64,000 nucleotides of DNA from Marsupella aquatica (lineage: Eukaryota; Plantae; Marchantiophyta). The stretch is from positions 6,187,079-6,251,078 of the forward strand of contig OZ316898.1 in the NCBI GenBank assembly GCA_973895155.1. Reading direction: 5' to 3'. The translations under genes were made by a program, and so were the position numbers. Below, one piece after another: positions 53,133-64,000 of the stretch (positions within the stretch are counted from its first letter, which is position 1; the number at the start of each line of letters is the position of its first letter). The notes below the pieces were generated by a model, which worked only from the letters and a program-made list of their open reading frames with translations, had not been told where the DNA came from and ran no database searches.

Positions 53133-53745
53133 AGGCCAGGCTCTAACTTCTCTTCCAACAACCCTTCGAGAACTTTGGGCTCTGGAATATCTCCGCTGTG
53201 GAGGTGATCGTCGTCCGGATATTTGGTTAGTAGCAATCGGACTTTGATCCAATTTGTCGATCCAAGAATGGCCATTTGAAGTAGCTTAGAAGTTGTTGCG
53301 TGAAAAATGTATAGAAGCTTTATTCACAACCTACAAGTAAAACACAGGACCAGCCTACAAATTTTTCTTAATTAATAGGAAGTAAGGACTTGAATGTGAG
53401 CTCCTGAGCCAGAGAACGAGTGGAGTGCTCAGCTGATCATACGGAAGGTCAGTTGGGAGAAAAGAAACTGGAGTGATGTCATTTCGTCTATCCTTGTTGG
53501 ATTTCCTTGGAGCTCAGTTTATCAAAGCGTAAGCCCATAGATCGAATTTAGATCGAGGGGATACAAAAATATGCACCGACAGTTGGGCACGTGTCTGATT
53601 CCAACAATCCTAGCGAGCGAATGGATCAAAGCAACAGCCCGTGCGGACACGTGAGTGATCGGTAAAGCTAAAAGAAGCACAAGCCAGTTTCGTTCGTACA
53701 ACAACCCGTGCGGTTGATCACAACCGATCGAGCTACAGTGCTCAT

Positions 53746-53930
53746 CGGATTCCTGGTGATCGTCTAAAATCTCTTCCGAAAAGCCGAAAAGTGGCCTTGG
53801 ACATGGGACCTTTCTGTCCACCTTGTTTTAAGGCGTGGCACTCGGATTCCTTGTGATAGTCTGAAATCTTCTTTGAAAAGCCTAAAAGTGGCCTGGGACG
53901 GGAATTTTTTGTCCACTCTGTTTTAAGGCG
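53746..53930. repeat. Two-copy tandem repeat, about 95 bp
   Basis: TCGGATTCCT.GTGAT.GTCT.AAATCT...GAAAAGCC.AAAAGTGGCCT.GGAC...TGTCCAC..TGTTTTAAGGCG occurs twice. Confidence 0.8.
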
Positions 53931-55953
53931 CACTGGTTTTGTAAAAAGTACCTGACTGTCCAGACTGAGGCATGGGTCAGGGTAATCTGCAATCAATCCG
54001 TTTTCTTTAAGACCCTCCAAAGGGACTACCGACCAGTAGCTCATGATTCCAGCTAGCATCCACCGATGGAGCTGGGGGCTTTGCTCGAAAACCAGCTCCA
54101 TCGAGGTATGTCAAGGTTGTGATCAAAGACCACTGCTGGGGAGGTAGAAGGACATTGAAGGGGGGTGCTTCAATTTTCAGGTCACAGGTTAACTAGCCAG
54201 AGTGGGAGAGGACAGTTTGGTTGCTGCATCAGTCCAACGAAATCCCTGTTCTCATTGTTGGCTGGTCGAGCTCAAGCGGCCAGGACTCCCACCACGATGA
54301 GTTCTGTCGGGAGGGAGGACCACAGCTAGCTCGCATGGGTTGCAATCGTGGAAAATAGAGTCAATGCGAACACATTGACGGTCTCTGCGGGACAATGCTT
54401 CTACTTGGGTTAGCTCGCGCCATGCCGTTGGTTAGTGATCTTCGCAGCTTCAGTGACAGTTAGTTCAGGTCGCGTTCTACATTTCCTTGTCCGAGAGTTG
54501 CTGAGTTCCTGTGTGCATGATGTCAGTCCTCCAGTTCGTCAACGCATTCCAGAGTTCCTTCATCTACGATTATACGCAAGGTCTCACTGGTTGACCCTGT
54601 ACCAGCTACAGCACTATAGCTAGCTGGCCAGCTCCCATCGACTTATACATCTCACGCGTGACCGTTGATCTAGAGTCTTGGACAGCGTTTCACAATGTAC
54701 GTACACGTTTCAAGAGTTGCTGACAATCTCTCGTGTCAGCTAGTACCAACCTAGCTTCCTACAGTTATTAGCTAGCTGCTAGCCTCACGAGATTTCATCG
54801 ATTGATGCGGAGCTTCATCATACAAGTGCTATTCCACATCCGTTGTCAGATTGCAAGCTGCTTGCCAGCCTTCCGACATTTCACCGTTGTCTCCCACATT
54901 TCCTTGATGTAAAGTTTCTGACAATACATTTCACACTCGTAGTCACCTTGCAATCACCCAGCGATAGTCCCATGTCGTGCACTAACCCCCCCCCCCCCAA
55001 CCCAACAACCGATTTCAGCCGACCATTGCACACAAGTTTCCCCGATCTATTGTTGCAGTCAATATGTAACAATGAAATTATTCAAACGAATTGTCTGGAG
55101 TAACCAACTTTATCGTTGTGCGCGCTGTAGTTCAGCGCTCTCCTAGAGAGCATCGCTAAACTTGCGTCTCTAAAAGAACCTGACAATAGTTGCTTGCGAA
55201 AGCTTAGGACAGATTCCCTGGGTCAATGTGAATCTCTCGAAAGTCTGATCGACGATAACAGTGGCGTGAACCTCTTCATGAGGTGCACACAGAGGTACTG
55301 CTCACAATTACCACTGCAGTGAGGAGTGCTTCTTTGTGTGGGTCGCTTCTCCTGCTTCAACGGTTTTCCGAACTTCCTTCCTGTCTGTGAAATAATCTCA
55401 ACTTGTCGTCAACGATGATTCGATTGTCCCCTCACCGGCGTTGATTTGCAGGCTTGGGAAGAAGTTCTTCAATTGTTCGAACTGAAATTTGGAGATTCTT
55501 CACGTCGGACCTTTTCCTTTGGCCTCGAGATGTGAACGTCTAAAACATCCAAACTATGTTACTTGCTCTCTGCCGCAAGTGAAAGCTGTGTGATAATTAT
55601 GAAAGGTTATGTAATCCAGAAGACCTTTGTAACGTTCGAACCTACTGTAGTCAGCGTGCAAATCGATACATGGGCTGAACGGCTTAGAAAGAGCGAATAC
55701 GTTGACCTTGGGGCGGGAATAACAGAAAAGTACCTTCTGTCAACGTTTTTCTTAGCGGCGAAATTCGGGAGATTCCACCTAAAGTAGCTGAAAAGTCCGA
55801 AAACTAAAATAAGCTATTTATTTTTCTTATCCAGTTTCTCACTAAACAAAAGCTAGGATAGTCGGACGCATTGTCCTTGGCCATCCCCATGGACTCCGTA
55901 AATTAGTTCTCATTTGTTGTTTTTACAATGAATAAAAAAACAGCACTCTCTCT

Positions 55954-56107
55954 GGGTTCAGATTGCAATGAACTATTTTGACTATCTTGGAGAGAAAATA
56001 AACAAGATGTCATTGATGGTGATACTAAGTGGGGGGTTCAGATTGCAATTGATTACTTTGACTACCTTGGGGAGAAAGTAAACAAGATGTCATGGTGATA
56101 CTAAGTG
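55954..56107. repeat. Two-copy tandem repeat, about 78 bp
   Basis: GGGTTCAGATTGCAAT...AAACAAGATGTCAT...GGTGATACTAAGTG occurs twice. Confidence 0.85.
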
Positions 56108-56379
56108 CGGCATGACATCTTTGAGGTTCAAGGTTATCAGGTAGTCAATATATCAAGGAACCTGTTGTGGTAATGTAATTAAAACCAGCTGCAAATGGTA
56201 ATGAGACCTTTTACAGGTCATATTTCAATCAAAAATGTAACCAATGTTATGTGAGTCAGTTTCAATGACCTGAACAAGCCATCCAAGCTTTATGGGCTTG
56301 GAGGTCCATCCATGCTTTAGTTGCCCTAGCCATGGACCCCACTAGACACAGACTGCTACTATGCTCAAATCTGTGGATC

Positions 56380-56830
56380 CCACTAGCGAGAATATGCTTA
56401 TCCTTAAATCTAAGGATCTAACAGTCAGAAAATTAATTTAGAAAGAATAGGTGAGAGGCATCACTAGATTCCAGCCTTCTCAAAAGTCTTGGGCCACTTT
56501 TAACAAAATGGTTATCCTTAAATCCAATTATCTAACAGTCAGATTTTGACAACATGGATAGCCTTAAATCTAAGGATCTAATTGTCAGGAATTAATTAAA
56601 GAAGACTAGGTAATCCTTAGGTCTAAGGATTTAACTGTCAGAAATTAATCTAAAAAGATTAGGTAAGGAATCGCTAGATTCCACCTCACTCAAAAATCTT
56701 GGCCATTTTGGACAAAAATTGCAAGGTTGTCTGTCGTCCATTATCCAGTTTCCAACTTGGCCATTTACCACATTAGTCAGAATCTGACAGTTATCTTTCA
56801 ATCTAACAGTCAAAATTTAATAAAAAAGAA
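56380..56830. repeat. Cluster of short degenerate repeats, resembling transposon subterminal repeats
   Basis: CCTTAAATCTAAGGATCTAACAGTCAGAAATTAAT and variants occur about five times. Confidence 0.65.
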
Positions 56831-59293
56831 TCAGATAAGCAATGTTTCTAGCATCTTTTCCCTCCCCCAAGACATTCATCACCTCGGCGAAAAAGGCAAA
56901 CAATAAAATCAGCCCACCTTCAAGTGCGAGTGGCCCTCAATGCCTTGCCCAGGAAAAGAACTTTGTTAGTCAACTGCAAAAGATATGACCTTCACTAATC
57001 AGGTTGTGTTAGTGTGTCTAACAGTGACTTTACAAGAAGTAGGGGCACTTGTGACTTTTTGTCACCAAAGCAAAATTGTAGACTAGCATTGTTGGGAAAC
57101 TTATTTCTTGTTGCCCATTGCATCCCGCCACTCAGTACTCTATGTTATTGCACACTGTCCATCAGTCCCCTTGTCACATAAGGTGAAGACATGAGGGCAT
57201 ATTTGTTCAAATTTTCAAAGGCTATTAAGGTGGAGAGTTTGCTAGACATTAGTTGTCTCTCAAACATAGCCCAGCAGCGACAGTCTTAATTGCAGCGAGT
57301 TAATTCATAAGCTGACCAGGTTTTGTGCAAGCTCCCATCTCAAAGTGAGGTTCACCTATGCCTTTCAGCACATGAGATTGACACTTAGAATAGTTGAAGG
57401 TCACTCTCTAATCACCCAAATAGATTTGGCATAGAGACAGCATCTAAGAATTATTTCTAAGAGTGGGATTGGGGTTGTACTAAATGAGTTCGCCAATAAC
57501 TACACTTAAAAGCAAACATCTTGTTCTAGAGATAGATTCCAGACAAAAACCTTTTCAATATAAAGTTCAATAAATCCCTTAAATGCTGACATTCTAAAAT
57601 TCTAGACAGAGTAATTACCACACATCACCATGTACTTGGGCTCGCTATTGCCACACAGGATCAGTACACAAAATGGACCCCAGTTCTTGTAAAGTCAGCT
57701 TAGTTGTTTCCATTCATTATATGACCCAGATTTAATCTCCGAGGGAATAGAAAACCAAAATTACTCGTTGTAGAGTCTACATTTGATAAAAAACAAAATA
57801 TACACATACATTTGATAAAGGTTACAATGTAGACACTATCAATGAGATAAAATTTCTATTCTAACTTACTTTCCTGTTTCAAATGAGCTGATCTGTGTGA
57901 TTAGGTGACGAAGGTAAAGGTTACAATCCCCATAAGTGCAATATTTACATTAAACTTGTCGTTTTCCATGATTGATAATTTTCTAAATCGTTGCAATAAC
58001 GTACTGTGAACGTCATGTTGAAATGCTATCAAGGTGGGTGATGGCTAGGTCTGGTGGGCGACAGTTTTTCTATTGTCGAGCCTACCCCATCAAATATTTT
58101 CCATCCCTCTTTAGAGGACCAGTGAGAGTGCTCTAAACAAGGTTAAATTGTGAAACCCTCTCCAAATGTTTGGTTTGGGTTATGTAAGTAGTGAATACCA
58201 AGTCTAAGAATTTGGTTATCTTAGTCATGGTCAAATGAAACCCAGCCTCTACCTTTACTGAATTATTTTCCTTCTCTAGAATCAGCTTCACACCAGGTAA
58301 GATTACAATCTTGGAAATCACCAACAAACCAAATAGGCAGTCAACACAGCATATTGACTATTCCCTTCCTGATTCAGTTCCAGTAGTAAAAGAATCCATT
58401 GCCTTGAAAACGCTATAGCTTTCCAATGATAGATTGCCTCCCAAAAATTCAGTCCCAGTAGCCAAAAAAAATCAATTCCCTGAACATTCTGTAGCTTTCC
58501 AACGGAGGGTTCGCTATGACTATTTGAAGTTTAGTTACTGATAGGGTCAGTCAACACCTAGGTGGCGTATGGATATGACGGTTTGAGTTTTAGTTACTAG
58601 CTTCACTCAACACCTACACAAATGAGCATAACGCTTTTCATATAGGTTGGAGATGCCCTTCACGAGGATAGGTAAAACTAATAGGTGGACATCCTAAATG
58701 CTAATTTTAGAACGTAGGGACCACATTAAGCTCGACAGTTGAGGAAAAATTGTGACCTCCAAAAACCAATGCGCGGATAACAATTGCCGTGTAGACACGT
58801 ACGTTACGTCGTGCGAGTAGAAAACGTGGATTAGTCTGAGACGAAACTCATTCCATGCCTGTGTGTTTAGTGTCAGTCGACACCAGATTTCCTGCGACTT
58901 GTAGGCGTCCTTGGGTAGTAATGACTGAACGAAGCTGTCATCGGTAGTGCTGACACTATTTTCAATTAACAGCGTGAGTGCGTGACTATGTTTGATGCAT
59001 GTTGAGGAATTCGATTGGATTCCAGCTGCTGACAGAAGTAATTGGGGACGCAGACTACACGAATGTGGAGATTCTCTTTGTTTGGGCTAACTTTGGATTC
59101 TGTCAAGTGTAAGGTCACTTTGTTATGGAAAATGCTACAGTAGTTAGATACTAAATGTTGTGCTTCTCTACATTTACGTACTGTGTGCAGATTATGTGAT
59201 TTTCCGAAGCATGACGTATAGCTCATGAGAGACATTTAATACCCGACATTAGAAAAGAAGAACTTGTGATCAGAACAGACTAACTCTAAAAAG

Positions 59294-59472
59294 TTCGTCA
59301 TGTCGAAAAGGCAAAATTAAGTTCAACACTCTCTCTACAATTGTCCGCTCGAATTTGTTCTCGACCTCGACATCATTGCCCCAAGTCCAATATATTCGTC
59401 ATGTCGAGAAGGCAAAATTAAGTTTGATCCTCTGTCTACAATTGTCCGCTCGAATTTGTTCTCGACCTCGAC
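59294..59472. repeat. Two-copy tandem repeat with a period of about 100 bp
   Basis: TTCGTCATGTCGA.AAGGCAAAATTAAGTT...TCTACAATTGTCCGCTCGAATTTGTTCTCGACCTCGAC occurs twice. Confidence 0.85.
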
Positions 59473-61517
59473 GTACATCATTGCTCCTTCATCACACTTT
59501 TCGAAACGCATGGTGCAGATGTAGATCCAAACGTTCATTCTGGTCGATTGCAGTGATCGAGTTGTCCAATCCGTCGCGAGAGTAATACCATTTGAAGCTT
59601 CTTAATCTTTGCGAAATCAGGTAGAGCATGTACATCTGTACGTCTAAGCATCTCCCGAGATCATATTCGACTCAATTCAGTACTTATCTTAGAGAGAATT
59701 TAATCGGTCCTGCCTCATTAACGCGATGTCTCCCCAAGATTCTAAATTCTTGGAGACTTCAGTATGAAATTGGTGTCCGTCCAGTACGTATCCATATCAA
59801 GTGATCTCCACCCATCACCCATGCCTGTTTGCAGAACTTGTCGACTCAAACACCAAGACTGGCAGACGAGAGTAACGTTAGGCATAGACTAGTACGTGAA
59901 TGGCTGAACGACGTGTCCTGGACAATACTCTGGTATCGATTTCTGGGTCAGTGGGTTCATGAGAACAATGTTGTAATCGTTAAACTACCAGTTGAAATCT
60001 GGGGAATTCTGGCTTCTAAAGAGGTGCAGGTTTGCTTTGTTACTTTGGGTTTCTATGCACATGCTTAGTGAGTGCAAGCCGCAGTCCAGGTTGAGTTCTC
60101 ATCGTGGGGTGATGATCATGATTGATCGATTGATTGGTTGATGGACGCTGCTTGCGACAGTGTGTGATTAAATGGTAGTAGTTGAATTGGTTATCACACA
60201 TGCTTCTGTTTTTTCAATTCGGCAATAATTCGTTCTTTGGGCGCTGGTTTCCTCACACGCATGCCAATGTTACGTGAGGCTCCCCTCATGAGAATGTTTT
60301 GTCAATCCCCGCATCGTGTGCTATCGTGGAGCAGCGGAGGGAAACCAAGAACTACGGCGGTTTTCTGCATGGACCTGATGCTAATAACTGTGCATCGAGT
60401 TCTCACATGCTGTTAATGATTGCATCGTCTTCCGGGTGAGATTCTCGCTGCGCGTCCTTTCCATCCCAACCAGTGCAGCAATTCCTGCGCCGGGTGGGAC
60501 TCCTGGATCGATCCTGAACGAACTGAACTCCGCATTTGGATGGATTGGGATGGGATCGGTATCGGATCGATGGCCGAGCAGACTACGGAACTCCTTTGTA
60601 CGTAGTTGTTAGTAGACTGTAGCTCAGCAGTCAGCAGAGACCTGTGGCAGACAAGATCATTCACAGACTGTGATGAGATGAGGAGAGACGAGATGAGAGC
60701 GAGAGTCGGGGAAGAGTTAAATAGTGAAAGAAGCACGACCGAAAGAGGAAGAAACAAAGAAGACCGTTATTAGTAACGTGCGCTGTGACATGAGAGCGAG
60801 TAAAGAGTTTAATAGTGAGAGGAAAAAGCAAACATTACATATATCACACTCCCCCCAAAAAACAAGAAGCTCCCAGAAGAGAAACATGATCTGATAGGGA
60901 AAAGTTCTCATACGCAAAAGATCCCATCACGGAAAGACAAAAAGAGAACCAAAAACCAGAATGACCCAAGCAAGTGCCAGCATCAAAAAAGCTAAGGACC
61001 ATAAACCACAAGGTTACACTTTCCCTATCGGTAAACGGGAGGGCCTGGTAGAGCTCTGGTGTATGTATAGGAAGGTCAAGCAAGAGAAACTTGATTTAGG
61101 AGGTGCTCAAAACCAAATGCCTCACCTCTCAAAAAAATAATGAATGCTTGAGCCCTCTCAATACGCTGGCTGTCCACAAGAAAAGCCTTGATATGGGTGC
61201 TGAGATGAGAGGAGTGCAAGAGAAAAGAGTTAAACAGTGAAACAAGAAAGGATCCAAAGAAGGATGAGAAGAAGCAAACAAAAAAAAAACATTAGGGCGC
61301 CTCAAGCATGATGGTTTTTGGCCACAAACAAATAGGCATAACTTTTTCAGATGATTATGTAAATGTTCTTTTGGTACTTACTTTTTTTCAACCTCTACAG
61401 TGACTTATAATTATGACATACGACCAATTTTTATGGCAAAAAGTTATGGCCTAGGAATACAATGGGTCCAAAAGTTTCTCTATCTGTAACCTTGAGGTGT
61501 CTCAATATATGATGCAT

Positions 61518-61774
61518 AGGCAGTCTCACGGCAGTCCCAGTTAGATTTAGGCCGGACTCAGCAAAAAAATTGTGCGGCCCTCCCAGGGCCTAGCCGGCAC
61601 ATGTGTGTCACAGGATTTTCTGATTTCTCGCTGGCCGGCCCACCCCACAGGCAGTCTCACGGCAGTCCCAGTTAGATTTAGGCCGGACTCAGCAAAAACA
61701 TTGTGCGGCCCTCCCAGGGCCTAGCCGGCACATGTGTGTCACAGGATTTTTTCTCGCTGGCCGGCCCACCCCAC
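61518..61774. repeat. Near-perfect tandem duplication of about 130 bp
   Basis: AGGCAGTCTCACGGCAGTCCCAGTTAG...CTCGCTGGCCGGCCCACCCCAC at 61518 and 61649. Confidence 0.92.
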
Positions 61775-61989
61775 CACATCCTTGCTGCTACAGAACCCAA
61801 AACAAATGAACTCAGAAAATCTGGGCGCTGGTCAAACTCACCCTCCGGGCAAATCCGCGGCTTTGGTCTTATCCCTTAGTGAAATGGATCCCTATTTGAG
61901 ACCCCCTAATGTGCCCCCACCTGAGATGAGAGGAAAGACGAAAGGAGCGAAAGGGAAAGAAAGTGCAGCATCTCCAGAGCACCACGGGA

Positions 61990-62250
61990 AGCTCGGCTCG
62001 GCTTGGCTTGGCTCGGCTCGGCACGGCTGGGCTGGCTGGGGCTGGGCAGGGTGGCCGACAGTGCGACTGCGGAGCATGACGCTGGCATGACGTGCGCAGC
62101 ATGGCCTGTCAACGAGGGACTCGCTCCCCTCAACGCCATGCCTGCCTGCCTGCGCTTGCCTGGAAACCTGGAATGCCTGCCTGCCGTGCTAACCTTGCTC
62201 GCTTGCCTTGCCGGCTTCCTGCCTGCCTGCCTCCCTGCCTGCCTGCGCCA
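61990..62250. repeat. GC-rich microsatellites (GGCTY)n and (GCCT)n
   Basis: GCTCGGCTCGGCTTGGCTTGG and GCCTGCCTGCCT tracts. These explain the many spurious ORFs here. Confidence 0.85.
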
Positions 62251-63469
62251 GTCCACGTCGCATTGACGGCCATCCTGAATCCGTCTTCCACTCTTCCGCC
62301 TCGGTTGAGACCCACTCAGCCATCACTGCCACCCTTTTTTTAGTCCCCAAAACTCCTTATTAGATTCCACCCGTATTCACCAGTTTTGGCCACTAGCCAA
62401 ATTCGGGCTGATGGGGTCTCTGGCTAAGTGAGAAACCCAAACGGCCAAACCAAGATGGACTGCCACGTTGAAAGCAGTTAATGACAAAAACAAGCACAGT
62501 AGCCAAATCGCCATATACACTCCCCTAGGGTGCCATTTTATTTCCCAATTTCAGGACAAGGATACTATTTATGGTGGATCCAGGTCTCATCATGACTAGT
62601 GGTAGTTTAAATCTAGCTGCTGTAGAAGGATCTGATCATAAGGAATTGGTGACGAAATATTCCTAGCCTCCTTTACACACGGTGACATTATTCATTAAAT
62701 TTTAATTTATGAAAATTATGTAGTCTTGTCACAAAAGGGGACATTAACCACCTGTGGAAAAAGACCTTGAAAATTAATCCGCCCTGTAATTCTACACAAC
62801 TCATTCCTTTGTATCCACTTTCCGTCCATTACCCTCAGACTTCTGTTGTCCGTTGTCCCTCTTTTCGTCTATCCCTGCTGTCTGCTGCGTGTACGTGATG
62901 GGCATAGCTAGAGTAGAATCTTGTCAACAAATTCAATTAATAGCAAGAATGACACCGGCAAAGCCAACTGGTATGTCATTATCAAAGTGAAACGCCTTTC
63001 CCGCCCATTTTTAAATTTCTTTGACCCAACTAAATGAAATCAGTTGTAATGGGATCTCAAAACTAGAATTAAAGTCTACTACGCTTTTATCCCTCATTCT
63101 AGGTTTTTGGGGGTTTGCATTCTTCTTTTGCGTTTGGTAGTTATATATCCTCGCTGGAACTCTTTTGCATTTATTTCACTGTACTTGTTTGGCCCCTTTT
63201 TTTGTAAATGAGTCCTTTTTCTATAAAAGTAAAGTGTAAAGCTAAGCTAAGCTAAGCTAAGCTGTGTGCCTAGGGTCTCGAGTGAAGTCTGACTCAGGGG
63301 GTGAGGAAGCAGGGTAGGGGGGCTGGGGACTATTGAAGAGTGACTTGGGAAAGGTTCATCCCAAGCGAAGGCTAATATGTTCAATTTTTTACCATTCAAA
63401 CCAAGTGTTAGTAGTTGTGATGGGATCTCTAAACTAGGGCCTGTGTCTCAAGGTAGAATAATCCGTAAC

Positions 63470-63650
63470 AATCAAGACCAGATTCTCAAGATACAACCAA
63501 ATTGTGGAACTCTGTATCCCAATGTAGGATAATTCAAAATATCAAGACTAGATTCTCAAGATACAACAAAAATGTGGAATTGAGATTGTATCCCAAGGTA
63601 AGACAATCCAGAATAATAACCTCAGATTCTCAAAACATACAACAAGATTA
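63470..63650. repeat. Degenerate repeats containing AGATTCTCAAGATACAAC
   Basis: The motif recurs about three times. Confidence 0.65.
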
Positions 63651-64000
63651 TGGAACTGGGATAGTAAAACTTATAAGCTCGAGCCTGAGGGAGGGTGAAG
63701 GAGGTTGCAGGTAGTCAAGGAGGAAGACTGAGAAAATAATTACTTAATTCCTCTCTTGTGATCAAAGCATTCGTTGATCACGGGGTTCATTTAATTTAAT
63801 TTTTGGCCCAATGAAAACAAAACCCTACGGGTCCTTGAAAAGTTTAAAAGATCTTTACATGCGTTGACTCATTTGAACTCTTTTGGCTTTGAAAACGCTA
63901 TCATCCTAATTTGCATCACATTATATATATTTGTCGTGTAGTTAGCGCTAACGAAAAGTGCATTTTCCAAATGATATTTTATAGAGAAGCCAATGATCTA

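Noticed and set aside
61734-62343. Cluster of overlapping ORFs
   Set aside because: They arise from GC-rich microsatellites that lack stop codons.

Overview
AT-rich eukaryotic DNA from a non-seed land plant. A liverwort or other bryophyte is inferred from the hydrolase-NBS-LRR gene, the COMMD4-like gene and the FAAR-type NIP. About 1-31 kb is mostly transposon sequence: a young, structurally complete Ty1/copia element (6052-12072) whose reverse transcriptase has lost its YxDD motif through an in-frame deletion, nested solo LTRs, MITEs and decayed LINE ends. About 31.5-53 kb is a gene island: a spliced gene of unknown function (+), an intronless NIP aquaporin (-), a COMMD4-like gene (-) head-to-head with a HINT/HIT-family gene (+), and a degenerate alpha/beta-hydrolase-NB-ARC-LRR immune receptor (+). 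About 53-64 kb holds tandem duplications, microsatellites and weak gene-like fragments. I recognised no rRNA, tRNA or CRISPR array, and I cannot claim a clearly new multi-gene system. The best leads are the RT-dead copia, the Cys-nucleophile HNL, the intronless FAAR NIP, the very tight COMMD4/HINT pair and the orphan gene. Exon models were built by hand from GT-AG sites and phase consistency and are unverified.
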